Origin: a virus
DNA: 64,000 nt
Direction: 5' to 3' (one strand)
IMG/VR virus record: IMGVR_UViG_3300026097_001055
Span: 1-64,000 of that record
Below, in pieces: positions 1 to 8,149 of the stretch. The position numbers and the translations under genes are program-made. A model generated the notes under the pieces. The model made no database searches. It was not told where the DNA came from and was given only the letters and a program-made list of their open reading frames with translations. The stretch's first letter is position 1. Each line of letters starts with the position of its first letter.

Positions 1-1006
1 GTATAACTGCTTGATCATCAGGATTTAGACGTAATAATCTTCCAATTCTTTGTGAACTCTTACGCTCATTGCCATAAGAATGAAGAATCAAACCTTGCCT
101 AAGATTAGGTATGTTTATACCTTCACTCAATTGCAATACACAACTTAATTCTTTTATCTGACCGGTTTTAAACAATTCTAAGTTTTCTTCAGAGCTATCA
201 TTTTTACTATGATAACTATGTGAACAAAGCTTATCAGCTTGCTCTTGAGTGTTAGCAAAAATAATAAGCTTATCACCTGAGTTACTAATATGCTTTATAA
301 GTTTTTCAGCATATAACTCTTTACTTTTGTAAGTCATTAAAGCTTTCATTCTCATAATACTGTTTATTTGCTTTTCTTTAGCACTAAATGAATTGTAAAG
401 CCTGTTTGTCCAATAAGCGTAATTATCTTTTTCAGATGTCCAAAAACTAGGTTTAGTTTTTAATTTAACTTCAACATTTTTTATGGTACCTAGTTTAAGT
501 TTATGAACTATTATTTTATAATCATTTAATAAATCATCACCAACTGCTTCATCTACTAAATAAGTATATCTAATTGGACAATACTTAGCAACTAATTTAG
601 CTTTATCAGTATAATGTCTAACTGGTGGTGTACCTGTTAAACCTAATATCAAACCATTGTAATTACTAAGAAAAGCTTCATGGCTTTTTAACAAGCTGTG
701 ACATTCGTCAAGAATAACAATATCATAATCTCCAGGATCATGTTTAGATAAACTTATATATGTACTATAGTCTGCATTATATAGCAACTTATCTAGTTTA
801 TACTGCTCAGCTTGATTTTTCCATTCTTCAAAAACAGAACGTTTAGGTGCCACAATAAGCACTTTTTTCTTTAATGAACTAAAGTGCTTTTCAATATACA
901 TTAAACCTAATCTGGTTTTACCCACTCCTGTACCTAAAGCAACACCACTGCAGCGGTGACCTAAAATGGTACCAAGAGCCTTTTCTTGTACTTGATCTTT
1001 AGTCAT
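1..1006 (-). CDS. Superfamily 2 (DExH) helicase, 3' end outside window
   Basis: Manual translation from ATG at 1006: MTKDQVQEKAL...GTGVGKT (Walker A), IVILDECH (motif II), GLTGTP (motif III), LSEGINIPNL and QRIGRLLR (motifs V/VI). Absent from the ORF track because it is truncated by the window edge. Confidence 0.9.
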   Translation of the reverse strand, partial: MTKDQVQEKALGTILGHRCSGVALGTGVGKTRLGLMYIEKHFSSLKKKVLIVAPKRSVFEEWKNQAEQYKLDKLLYNADYSTYISLSKHDPGDYDIVILDECHSLLKSHEAFLSNYNGLILGLTGTPPVRHYTDKAKLVAKYCPIRYTYLVDEAVGDDLLNDYKIIVHKLKLGTIKNVEVKLKTKPSFWTSEKDNYAYWTNRLYNSFSAKEKQINSIMRMKALMTYKSKELYAEKLIKHISNSGDKLIIFANTQEQADKLCSHSYHSKNDSSEENLELFKTGQIKELSCVLQLSEGINIPNLRQGLILHSYGNERKSSQRIGRLLRLNPDDQAVI

Positions 1007-1017
1007 ATATTTTTATT

Positions 1018-1698
1018 TTATTCATTAAGAACTTTAACAAACTCTAAATTAGCTTGTTGAATAGCTTTAGTTAAAGCTTTAGTTATTCTGCGGCTAAATA
1101 AATTTTTATAAAACCATTTTCTTTTACTTAGAGTCTTATATTTTTCTACTTCTTTCCATTCTTCAGTAAATGTATGTTTTATATTTTCATCTTTAAATTT
1201 ATACAAGCTTTTAAGTATATAATAACCATTTGTAGACACGTGTTCTACATTATACCAAACTTTATTTATAAGTACTTTATCATCAACATTTAATAAAGGT
1301 TTATATTTTTTAACTTTTAACCAATCTTTAATAAGTTTACTAAATTCATGATTGTAAATAGATGCTATAGATTCTACAAAATCTATGTAATCCTCATTAT
1401 ATTCATAGTCATCATCTTCATCATCATCTATATAATCTAAAAAAGTGTAAGCACTTAAAACATATATATGAAATTTATTGTGATCTAAAATAAAACCTCT
1501 AAACTTAACTTTAGTCATCCAAGTTTCTATACTTTCTATATCAGTTTTAAGATTTTTATATTCAAAATCATCTAAAGAGTTAGAAAATTCTTCAAATTTT
1601 TCTAAAATTTTATTTACAAAATTAACTTTATACTTTCCTAAAAGTTTTTCTGGACGTGTATCAGTATACAAGTCTTCATCAAATAATTCTAATTGCAT
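1018..1698 (-). CDS. Hypothetical protein (226 aa)
   Basis: Long ORF tightly packed in the minus-strand operon; no recognisable motif. Confidence 0.65.
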   Translation of the reverse strand: MQLELFDEDLYTDTRPEKLLGKYKVNFVNKILEKFEEFSNSLDDFEYKNLKTDIESIETWMTKVKFRGFILDHNKFHIYVLSAYTFLDYIDDDEDDDYEYNEDYIDFVESIASIYNHEFSKLIKDWLKVKKYKPLLNVDDKVLINKVWYNVEHVSTNGYYILKSLYKFKDENIKHTFTEEWKEVEKYKTLSKRKWFYKNLFSRRITKALTKAIQQANLEFVKVLNE

Positions 1699-1713
1699 AC
1701 ACTTTTATTTAAA

Positions 1714-2586
1714 TTAAAAAATGTAACGTATAGTATTAAAAGGTAAATGTTCATAATGAAGTTTAGTAAATTCATTTATATACATAGCTTTTAGTTTACG
1801 TTTATATCTTATGTTTTCACTACCATACTGAGAAGTTTTACTTTCTTGTATTTCAGGGGCCCACAATAGATTTTCACCAGGTAAATCATTAAGCTTATTA
1901 TACTCATGTTTACCTTCATTATGAGTTAAAAATATAACTTCACATTTTACATAATCTAAATTCCAACCATATTTAACTGCTTGTTCTTTTACTTGCTCAA
2001 ATAACTTTTTATAATCATCTAACCAATTTTCATAAACTATTACAGGGCTGTAGTTCAAATGTACTTCATAACCTGCTTCTAAGAACCAAGATACAGCTTT
2101 TAACCTTTCAGGTATAGTACTTGTATTAGGTTCTACAATAGCTCTTATATGCTCCGGTATTAAGCTAAATCTAATTCTTATTTTACCTTCTGGGTTAAAC
2201 TCTAAAAGAGATTCATTTACATACTTAGTAGCAAATGAGCCCATGGCTATAGGATGGTCTTTAAAAAATCCAAATACTTTTTGCCAATCATAATGTTTAG
2301 CGTGTAAAGACATATCAGAATTACAACCTATATCATAGGTTATGTATTCAGGATGTGTTTGATTTGGCTTTTTTATGTCTGCAAACCATGAATGATGATC
2401 AACTTCAGTAAGTATTTGATGAATATTTGTAGAAACATCAACACCTTCTGTTTTATAACGTTTGCAATAACAGTAACTACAATTAAAACCACAACCCATT
2501 ATTAGAGTAGGAGTAAGAAAATCAGTAGATCTACCAGAAGGTCTAATAATCATAGACTTTCTAGTAGATTTTTTTATCTTATTCAT
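1714..2586 (-). CDS. splB: Spore photoproduct lyase-family radical SAM protein
   Basis: CxxxCxxC motif GCGFNCSYCY; GCNSD matches the SPL CxSD segment carrying the H-donor Cys; FATK, RIRFSL and R-Y near the C-terminus as in SplB. Confidence 0.85.
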   Translation of the reverse strand: MNKIKKSTRKSMIIRPSGRSTDFLTPTLIMGCGFNCSYCYCKRYKTEGVDVSTNIHQILTEVDHHSWFADIKKPNQTHPEYITYDIGCNSDMSLHAKHYDWQKVFGFFKDHPIAMGSFATKYVNESLLEFNPEGKIRIRFSLIPEHIRAIVEPNTSTIPERLKAVSWFLEAGYEVHLNYSPVIVYENWLDDYKKLFEQVKEQAVKYGWNLDYVKCEVIFLTHNEGKHEYNKLNDLPGENLLWAPEIQESKTSQYGSENIRYKRKLKAMYINEFTKLHYEHLPFNTIRYIF

Positions 2587-2595
2587 ATTTTTATT

Positions 2596-2688
2596 TTAAG
2601 TTTCCGTATTACAGGCTATTACTATAATTAAAACAACAAATACAACTAATGCCCAAAATACGCCTTCTACTGTATGATATCCCCACAT
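2596..2688 (-). CDS. Small membrane peptide (30 aa)
   Basis: Manual translation MWGYHTVEGVFWALVVFVVLIIVIACNTET fills the gap between neighbouring genes. Confidence 0.45.
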   Translation of the reverse strand: MWGYHTVEGVFWALVVFVVLIIVIACNTET

Positions 2689-2693
2689 AATTT

Positions 2694-2921
2694 CTATGTA
2701 ATTGAATCAAAATTCTTAAGCTCTACGTTTCTATGTTCTGATTTAACAGTACGGTCTGATAAAACAATAGCTCTTTTTAATTCATAGTTTAATAAGTTGT
2801 TAGCTTGACCAACTAGTTTACCCATAGCATTTGCACTTGCAACATCTATAGTACCTTTGTCTAGTTTTTCCATTGTTGAGCATATCATAGCAAACATGGA
2901 TTTAGTATTTACTGGTTTCAT
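2694..2921 (-). CDS. Hypothetical protein (75 aa)
   Basis: ORF in operon with 4-5 bp spacing to neighbours. Confidence 0.7.
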   Translation of the reverse strand: MKPVNTKSMFAMICSTMEKLDKGTIDVASANAMGKLVGQANNLLNYELKRAIVLSDRTVKSEHRNVELKNFDSIT

Positions 2922-2925
2922 ATTA

Positions 2926-3363
2926 TTATATTTTATTATTGACTTTTCTTCTCAAAGCTATAACTTTAGCTTTTGTTTTTATAAACTCTACAGGAACCTT
3001 AGATTCAGTTAATTCTTGACCCATACGTTCAAAAATACTTTTTGTACTAGTTAAAGCTCCTTTTAAATCACTGCAGTTTTGACAAACATTTGTTTTATGA
3101 GTCAATCCGGGAATGTTCTGACATTCATAGGGCTGAACCATATCTTTTAAATCTTTAGTCTTTTTACAGTGTATACAAGTGTATTCTTTTTTTGATTCAC
3201 TAATCAAACTTAAATAATACTCTTTTACAGATTTATCTGATGTTGCACAATGTGCTATCCATTTTATATACTTAAAAGGAATCTTTTCTAAACTAACATC
3301 TTTATACTTAGTGTTTCCTTTAAGCTTGCCATCATGGATCCATACTTTTAAATGTAAATTCAT
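2926..3363 (-). CDS. Hypothetical protein with zinc-ribbon-like CxxC pairs
   Basis: CIHC and CQNC motifs; operon context. Confidence 0.65.
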   Translation of the reverse strand: MNLHLKVWIHDGKLKGNTKYKDVSLEKIPFKYIKWIAHCATSDKSVKEYYLSLISESKKEYTCIHCKKTKDLKDMVQPYECQNIPGLTHKTNVCQNCSDLKGALTSTKSIFERMGQELTESKVPVEFIKTKAKVIALRRKVNNKI

Positions 3364-3369
3364 ATATAA

Positions 3370-3774
3370 TCATTTTAAATAACCTAATTCTCTAGCTTCT
3401 GCTGGAGAATTGTGAATTCTGTTATGACAGCTACGGCATACAGCCATATAAGTTGTAGTATCTAGATATGTAGTAGATCTTTCTTCACCACCTTTGATAT
3501 GATGGATTTCTGTAGAAAAACCTGAACAACCAGGTAACTTAGCTTCACATAGATTATGCTCATTAAGATATAAAGTACGTATTTTAAGATACTCAACCGT
3601 TTCTTTCTGTCTTTTTTTGGATACACGGGGAATCTCTGTTTTGCGTTTTGGTTTTTTAATGTTATTGCTATCATGAGTACTCCAGCAACTTTTGCAAAAT
3701 TTCAATCCCCCGTGATTTTTCCAAATATACTGTTCAGAGTTACACCCTGCACATATTTTCTTTTTAGCTTGCAT
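3370..3774 (-). CDS. Small Zn-binding HNH endonuclease-like protein
   Basis: CAGC/CKSC N-terminal Zn ribbon; EIHHIKG...CRSCHNRIH HNH signature. Confidence 0.8.
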   Translation of the reverse strand: MQAKKKICAGCNSEQYIWKNHGGLKFCKSCWSTHDSNNIKKPKRKTEIPRVSKKRQKETVEYLKIRTLYLNEHNLCEAKLPGCSGFSTEIHHIKGGEERSTTYLDTTTYMAVCRSCHNRIHNSPAEARELGYLK

Positions 3775-3776
3775 AA

Positions 3777-4061
3777 TTAATGCCTATAAAGAGCTAAAGC
3801 TTCTTTATCACAAGGAACTAACTTTTGTATTAGTTCTTCATTCTGTAGCTTATTACCCATTTGTGTTACAAATTCCTCACCTTTTTCTTTCCAATGTACA
3901 TAGATAGCCCAATCATGAATTTCACCACGTTTTGCTACCCATAACAGTTCCTTACCTATATTTTCATTAGTCATATAAAGATCATCAGGTGAGTTTATAG
4001 ATACACCTACTCTAAATACTGTACCTGACGGTAATAATTCTAATTGTTTTTTATTTAACAT
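3777..4061 (-). CDS. Hypothetical protein (94 aa)
   Basis: ORF in operon. Confidence 0.7.
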   Translation of the reverse strand: MLNKKQLELLPSGTVFRVGVSINSPDDLYMTNENIGKELLWVAKRGEIHDWAIYVHWKEKGEEFVTQMGNKLQNEELIQKLVPCDKEALALYRH

Positions 4062-4114
4062 ATTTCATTGACTTTTGACATTGTTTAAATTTTTAAATTG
4101 TTCTTAGCGATGAG

Positions 4115-4369
4115 TTAGGCAACATTTAGAATATCAATCAAGTCTTCTAAATTGCAGTCGCCATTCCACAAAGAGTATTGTAAACATTTGTCATCTAAAA
4201 AAGTAAGTTGGTCATTTATATTAGCAAGTTCTGTATAGTCAAATACATTTACCTTAATACATTTAACAGGCAAGTGTTTTGAGTATTCTTTGCTTACACT
4301 TATTTTGTATCGTAAGTTTGCCAATACCCTTTGTTCCAAATCTCTGTATTGTAATTTTAAGTTTTCCAT
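4115..4369 (-). CDS. Hypothetical gene-cassette protein (84 aa, start re-set to ATG 4369)
   Basis: MENLKLQY...; preceded by GTTAGGC, and the stop codon lies within GCCTAAC. Confidence 0.7.
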   Translation of the reverse strand: MENLKLQYRDLEQRVLANLRYKISVSKEYSKHLPVKCIKVNVFDYTELANINDQLTFLDDKCLQYSLWNGDCNLEDLIDILNVA

Positions 4370-4380
4370 AATAAAACGTT

Positions 4381-4502
4381 GCCTAACAAAGTGTATAAGC
4401 AATAGCCGTTAGGCGTTTTAAATTATTGCAGTTGTTAATATTAAATTTTGTTATTCTAATCAAGGTCAGTGTAGGCTACTACCCATACACAAACCGTAGC
4501 AC
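4381..4502 (-). mobile_element. attC-like recombination site (Bacteroidota-type gene cassette boundary)
   Basis: Minus strand: degenerate GTGCTAC ... GTGTATGGGTAGTAGCC ... GGCTATTGCTTATACAC ... GTTAGGC. Inner arms 4391-4407 and 4474-4490 are 13/17 complementary, and the remaining positions are G-T wobbles. Confidence 0.6.
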
Positions 4503-4506
4503 AATA

Positions 4507-4743
4507 CTAAGTTAGCATCGTTAGCATTTGCTGTCTATATTTTTCAGCATCATTTTTACCGTATTTTTTTAAGGTTTCTAAGGCTTTAAATTCTTCGTCA
4601 TACCCAAGTTTTATTGATGCGGTAACACCTTCTAAATCTGTTCTTATTTCGACATCATAGCTATCATCTTCATTATTGTAATTTAAGGTCAATAAAACTT
4701 GTTCGTCGTTTTCTAATTCAATCAATTTCGCAAATTTACTCAT
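4507..4743 (-). CDS. Hypothetical gene-cassette protein (start 4743 or 4752)
   Basis: ORF flanked on both sides by attC-like palindromes. Confidence 0.7.
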   Translation of the reverse strand: MSKFAKLIELENDEQVLLTLNYNNEDDSYDVEIRTDLEGVTASIKLGYDEEFKALETLKKYGKNDAEKYRQQMLTMLT

Positions 4744-4753
4744 TTCGTACATT

Positions 4754-4885
4754 ACCTAACAACGTATATAATCTATTGCTATTAGGGATTTATTTAAACG
4801 TTAATTATTATTTATTTTTAAAGTGGTCGAATTTGACCACTTTGCATTTTTATACGCAACATATCATATACAAATCACGTTACCC
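4754..4885 (-). mobile_element. attC-like recombination site
   Basis: Minus strand GGGTAAC ... GTATATGATATGTTGC ... GCAATAGATTATATAC ... GTTAGGT; arms 4764-4779 and 4856-4871 are 13/16 complementary. Confidence 0.6.
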
Positions 4886-4938
4886 ACCATTAAGAAGTGA
4901 GTCTTCGCCCTGTTGAGTGAGTTATCTGCACAATAGTG

Positions 4939-4946
4939 CAAATATA
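4939..4946 (-). promoter_or_regulatory. Bacteroidota housekeeping-type -7 element upstream of the cassette array
   Basis: TATATTTG followed by CA on the minus strand fits the TAnnTTTG consensus. Confidence 0.5.
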
Positions 4947-4967
4947 CTTTAAATAAATAATCCATGT

Positions 4968-5345
4968 TTGTTTATAAGTTCTTCGCATTAATATCTTGCG
5001 TAAACAACCTGGTATTAACTAACGTAGAGCTACCAGAACTTTCTCTCTACTACATAGATTATTAGCACCATCTATAAAGCTGAGACCAACATTCTCATTA
5101 AACTATTTTGTATAGCTCACTTTATAAATGGTCAAGAAGTAAATATGGGTCTTTCAAGGTTACTGCATTAATGAGAGGTTAACCTTTACCTATAATCTCA
5201 ATTTAATCAGCTTTACCATTACTTCTTTGCTGTGAACTCCCATAACTATTATTCTGACTTATCACTATACATTCAGTAGTTATCCTATACATTACTGTAA
5301 GGTTTTAATATTAAGGCTCAGAGGGTTTGAGTTCCTGTATTCTTG
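4968..5345 (-). ncRNA. Candidate large structured ncRNA, 3' part
   Basis: No long ORF. Many nested or pseudoknotted complementary pairs: AAGAAGTAA/TTACTTCTT, AAGGTTA/TAACCTT, CTCATTAA/TTAATGAG, GTAGAG/CTCTAC, CTGGTA/TACCAG, AAGTTCT/AGAACTT. Confidence 0.55.
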
Positions 5346-5832
5346 CTAATATTTTTTCATCTTCATCGAAATAATGAATAAAATCTCTATCCGCTTGAGC
5401 TTCTTCTAAAGTTTTTCTAGTTTGGCAACAATGCCTTTTACTATTTACTCTAGCATAAGCTCTGTAGTTCGTTTCATTTTTGTATTTTAATGCTTCAATA
5501 CAAAATGTTTCAGATTTATCTTTTCTATTATGTCCATTGATTCTATTGGTAACAGTTCTTAAATTTTCTATTTTATTGTTAAGAGTATTATTATCAATAT
5601 GGTCAATTTGAATGGACAAGTCTTCAAAATTACCATTAAAATAAATCCATATTAATCTATGAACCCTGTATCTAACACTTTTAATTTGAGTAATTAAATA
5701 TTTATGTCCATGTTGTCCTACTTTAGTAGGAGTACCAATGGGTTTATTTGTAGTTTTTCTAATTAAATTACCGTCTTTGTAGTAAAATAAAGACTTTAAT
5801 TCTTGTTGTGATATACACTTTTTTGCTTTCAT
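5311..5832 (-). CDS. HNH homing endonuclease (HNH_3 type; start re-set to ATG 5832)
   Basis: YRVHRLIW...IDHIDNNTLNNKIENLR signature plus a C-terminal putative DNA-binding segment. Confidence 0.9.
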   Translation of the reverse strand: MKAKKCISQQELKSLFYYKDGNLIRKTTNKPIGTPTKVGQHGHKYLITQIKSVRYRVHRLIWIYFNGNFEDLSIQIDHIDNNTLNNKIENLRTVTNRINGHNRKDKSETFCIEALKYKNETNYRAYARVNSKRHCCQTRKTLEEAQADRDFIHYFDEDEKILARIQELKPSEP

Positions 5833-5847
5833 ATTATTTATTTTATA

Positions 5848-5879
5848 CAAAGATAATAAAAATACACTTATAAAACAAA
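5848..5879 (-). promoter_or_regulatory. Bacteroidota -33/-7 promoter for the HNH gene
   Basis: Minus strand TTTG-N20-TATCTTTG, 15 nt before the ATG. Confidence 0.7.
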
Positions 5880-5883
5880 TGTT

Positions 5884-6105
5884 AAGTGTAATAATGTACA
5901 ACAAGAGTAGCCATTTTTCAATCTATTGACTACTCTTTCAACCATATCACAATACAGTTGGTACACTTGATAGATTTAATATGTAAGTCCATTTAACACT
6001 CTCCACGAGGAATTATACTTGTTACAGTTTATATTCTATCTTTTTTTAGTGAACATGAGGGGATTTCTCCAGCCGTGAAGCACAAGGAATAAGGTTTAAC
6101 CTATA
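5884..6105 (-). ncRNA. Candidate large structured ncRNA, 5' part
   Basis: Hairpins CAACTGTAT/ATATGGTTG and AAGAGTAGTCA/TGGCTACTCTT (G-U pairs only in the minus sense); loop ATAGATT is complementary to upstream AATCTAT (pseudoknot). Confidence 0.5.
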
Positions 6106-6113
6106 TTTTAATG

Positions 6114-6319
6114 TTAAAACAACTCTGTTCATTTCCAAGTGGAATATAACTGTGGCAAAGATAATAATCTCCACTGAATCCATACATAATCATATCTTAC
6201 AATAAACAACGTACACTTGGCTGTACTATAATTCTCCTGTTAGCCTTCAAATTCCTTGAAACTACAGCTTTCATGTAGTGCAGGAGCGTTACTGTTTATC
6301 TTCAGCAGAGTTGTTTTAA
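6114..6319 (-). ncRNA. About 205-nt multibranch structured RNA element
   Basis: Perfect 14-bp closing stem TTAAAACAACTCTG/CAGAGTTGTTTTAA enclosing CTCCTG/CAGGAG, CTACA-TGAAAGC-TGTAG, TTCAA/TTGAA and GTAC/GTAC hairpins. Confidence 0.55.
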
Positions 6320-6335
6320 TTTTTTAATTTTAAAG

Positions 6336-6415
6336 AAAACAACAGCTTCATTTATACTATCTATCTCAACTTTACCAAGGTCTTTAACCTACTGAAGAGT
6401 TTTCACTGTTGTTTT
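6336..6415 (-). ncRNA. About 80-nt structured element
   Basis: 10-bp closing stem AAAACAACAG/CTGTTGTTTT with internal CTTCA/TGAAG and AGGT/ACCT pairings. Confidence 0.4.
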
Positions 6416-6421
6416 ATTATT

Positions 6422-7144
6422 TTAAAGGTTTTCTTCAATCCATTTATTGAAAGATTTTAAATCTTCATACCCTCCAACATAACTACTATCCCCAATATGT
6501 TCTCTATATAAAGAAATTAATTCTTCAACTTCCTCTCTATTATACATTTTCTTCTCTACTGGGTGTATTTTAATAGTATTGTGAGAATCTGTTTTGATTT
6601 TATACTCCCAATCATAAATAACTTCTCCAAATACTATTGGCTCAACTTCAACCAGCACTTCATCAATACCTCCTGCTTTGCAGTAAGCTTCAATAAATGC
6701 TTGAGATGGTTGAGGTAAACTTATACCATTTAAATTTTCTTCAATGGTAATATATTCTTTAGTTAAATCTTTACCTGATTTAATTTTTAAAGAACTATCA
6801 GTTGTAGCAATGATTTTTTTACACTCATCTCTCTGTCTTTCAAATGTAAAATCAATTTTATTGCATTTGTAGGTGATAGGTGTATCGGAGGATAAGTACA
6901 AAAACCAATCACCTTCTTCAATCTTTTCATCTGTTATGATATAAAGCTCAAAAGGTTGTATGTGAAATCCATAAGACTTATCATCTTTAAATGCGTCTTT
7001 ATTTGGTTGCAACTTTATTTCAAAAGAATTATCTTCCAAATTGATTAACTTACACATATTACCTCTTTCAGTAGGCAACATAATTACCTTTGCTTTAATA
7101 CAAGGTTTATCCTTATACATTATTATTTTAGTATTCGTTTCCAT
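6422..7144 (-). CDS. Hypothetical protein typical of Bacteroidota phages (240 aa)
   Basis: LYIITDEKIEEGDW and CKKIIATTDSSL motifs; C-terminal MYNREEV...FNKWIEENL module. Confidence 0.75.
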   Translation of the reverse strand: METNTKIIMYKDKPCIKAKVIMLPTERGNMCKLINLEDNSFEIKLQPNKDAFKDDKSYGFHIQPFELYIITDEKIEEGDWFLYLSSDTPITYKCNKIDFTFERQRDECKKIIATTDSSLKIKSGKDLTKEYITIEENLNGISLPQPSQAFIEAYCKAGGIDEVLVEVEPIVFGEVIYDWEYKIKTDSHNTIKIHPVEKKMYNREEVEELISLYREHIGDSSYVGGYEDLKSFNKWIEENL

Positions 7145-7175
7145 ATTGTTTAACTTTACTTTGTTAATAATTTGT

Positions 7176-7418
7176 TTATTTAGATTCCTCTCTTTTAGCT
7201 TTTGCTAATTCTTCAAAGTATTCTTGATATTCTTGTTTCCATTTATAGTAAATTTCTACACCATCTTTTAAAGAAAATTTGCCTTTTAATTTTTTCAATC
7301 GTTCTTGCAGCCTAATAATTAAATCTGCGTGTTGGTAATTTATTCCAAGTTCAGCTATATTACAAGCCATTCTTAAGAATTCTATTTCTTCTTTTCTATC
7401 TTTGATTTCTACATTCAT
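7176..7418 (-). CDS. Hypothetical protein (80 aa)
   Basis: ORF with A-rich leader. Confidence 0.65.
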   Translation of the reverse strand: MNVEIKDRKEEIEFLRMACNIAELGINYQHADLIIRLQERLKKLKGKFSLKDGVEIYYKWKQEYQEYFEELAKAKREESK

Positions 7419-7748
7419 TTTATTTATTTAATTTATATAATACAAGTACTAAACTATCAAGATTACATTTAACTGTAGTTCCTGTAGATATTTCTTTTAC
7501 TTGTATTGTATCTTGATTAATCAGAATAAGTTCATATCCACTTTTTACCGCAATTTTTGCATTTATAAAATTCTTTGGTTTTTGCCATTATGTTTTTACA
7601 ACATGGAGAAGAAGGGGATATATTAAAGAATAAAAAAAGTGCTTTCATAATTTCTAAATTTTAAGATTATTATTTTGCAGAATAACTTTACTTATTTTAT
7701 GAGTAAATGTTTCTGCTTTTTTTAATTAATCAAATGCCCACCAGATAT

Positions 7749-8087
7749 TTAAATGTCATGATCACTGTCCATTTCTAAAGCCTGATTCTCCTCTAAATAT
7801 TGTCTATATTGGTATAGTTTATTAAGTTGTGAGTAGTTTTCTTCTAACCATTCAAACAACTCAGTAGTTTTCCTTAATAATTGATCAAGTGGGCTTTGTA
7901 TGTGACCATCTTCATTTTTTTCAGACATTATATCTTTAGGTGTGCCAACAGCCATAGCTGTTAACTCTTTCTTTGTAGATTCAATATAACCCTCTATCTC
8001 TTTTATTTTTTCATCTAATTCATATCTAGTATGAAATAACTGTCTATTCAAATAAATTTCTGTTGTGAATACTGTTCCAAATCCCAT
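7749..8087 (-). CDS. Hypothetical coiled-coil protein (112 aa)
   Basis: ORF with A/T-rich leader; helical heptad character. Confidence 0.7.
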   Translation of the reverse strand: MGFGTVFTTEIYLNRQLFHTRYELDEKIKEIEGYIESTKKELTAMAVGTPKDIMSEKNEDGHIQSPLDQLLRKTTELFEWLEENYSQLNKLYQYRQYLEENQALEMDSDHDI

Positions 8088-8119
8088 AATAATTAATTTT
8101 AATTTAGTATTTTAAATAA

Positions 8120-8146
8120 TAAAAAAAGAGGGCAGTTAAGCCCTCT
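8120..8146 (-). terminator. Rho-independent terminator
   Basis: AAGAGGGC-TTAACT-GCCCTCTT followed by a T tract on the minus strand. Confidence 0.75.
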
Positions 8147-8149
8147 TAG

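Noticed and set aside
5311-5832. IscB/HEARO-type RNA-guided nuclease
   Set aside because: No PLMP or RuvC motifs; the protein is a short HNH_3-type homing endonuclease.
4968-6105. Group I or group II intron around the HNH gene
   Set aside because: No interrupted host ORF on the flanks; no recognisable P7 R/S elements or domain V. Kept only as an unclassified ncRNA candidate.
6336-6415. Hammerhead ribozyme suggested by CTGAAGA on the plus strand
   Set aside because: No correctly placed GAAA and NUH core elements.
7420-7748. Possible small ORFs or pseudogene (38-aa CxxC peptide from ATG 7648)
   Set aside because: Frames are short and conflicting; I cannot support a specific call.
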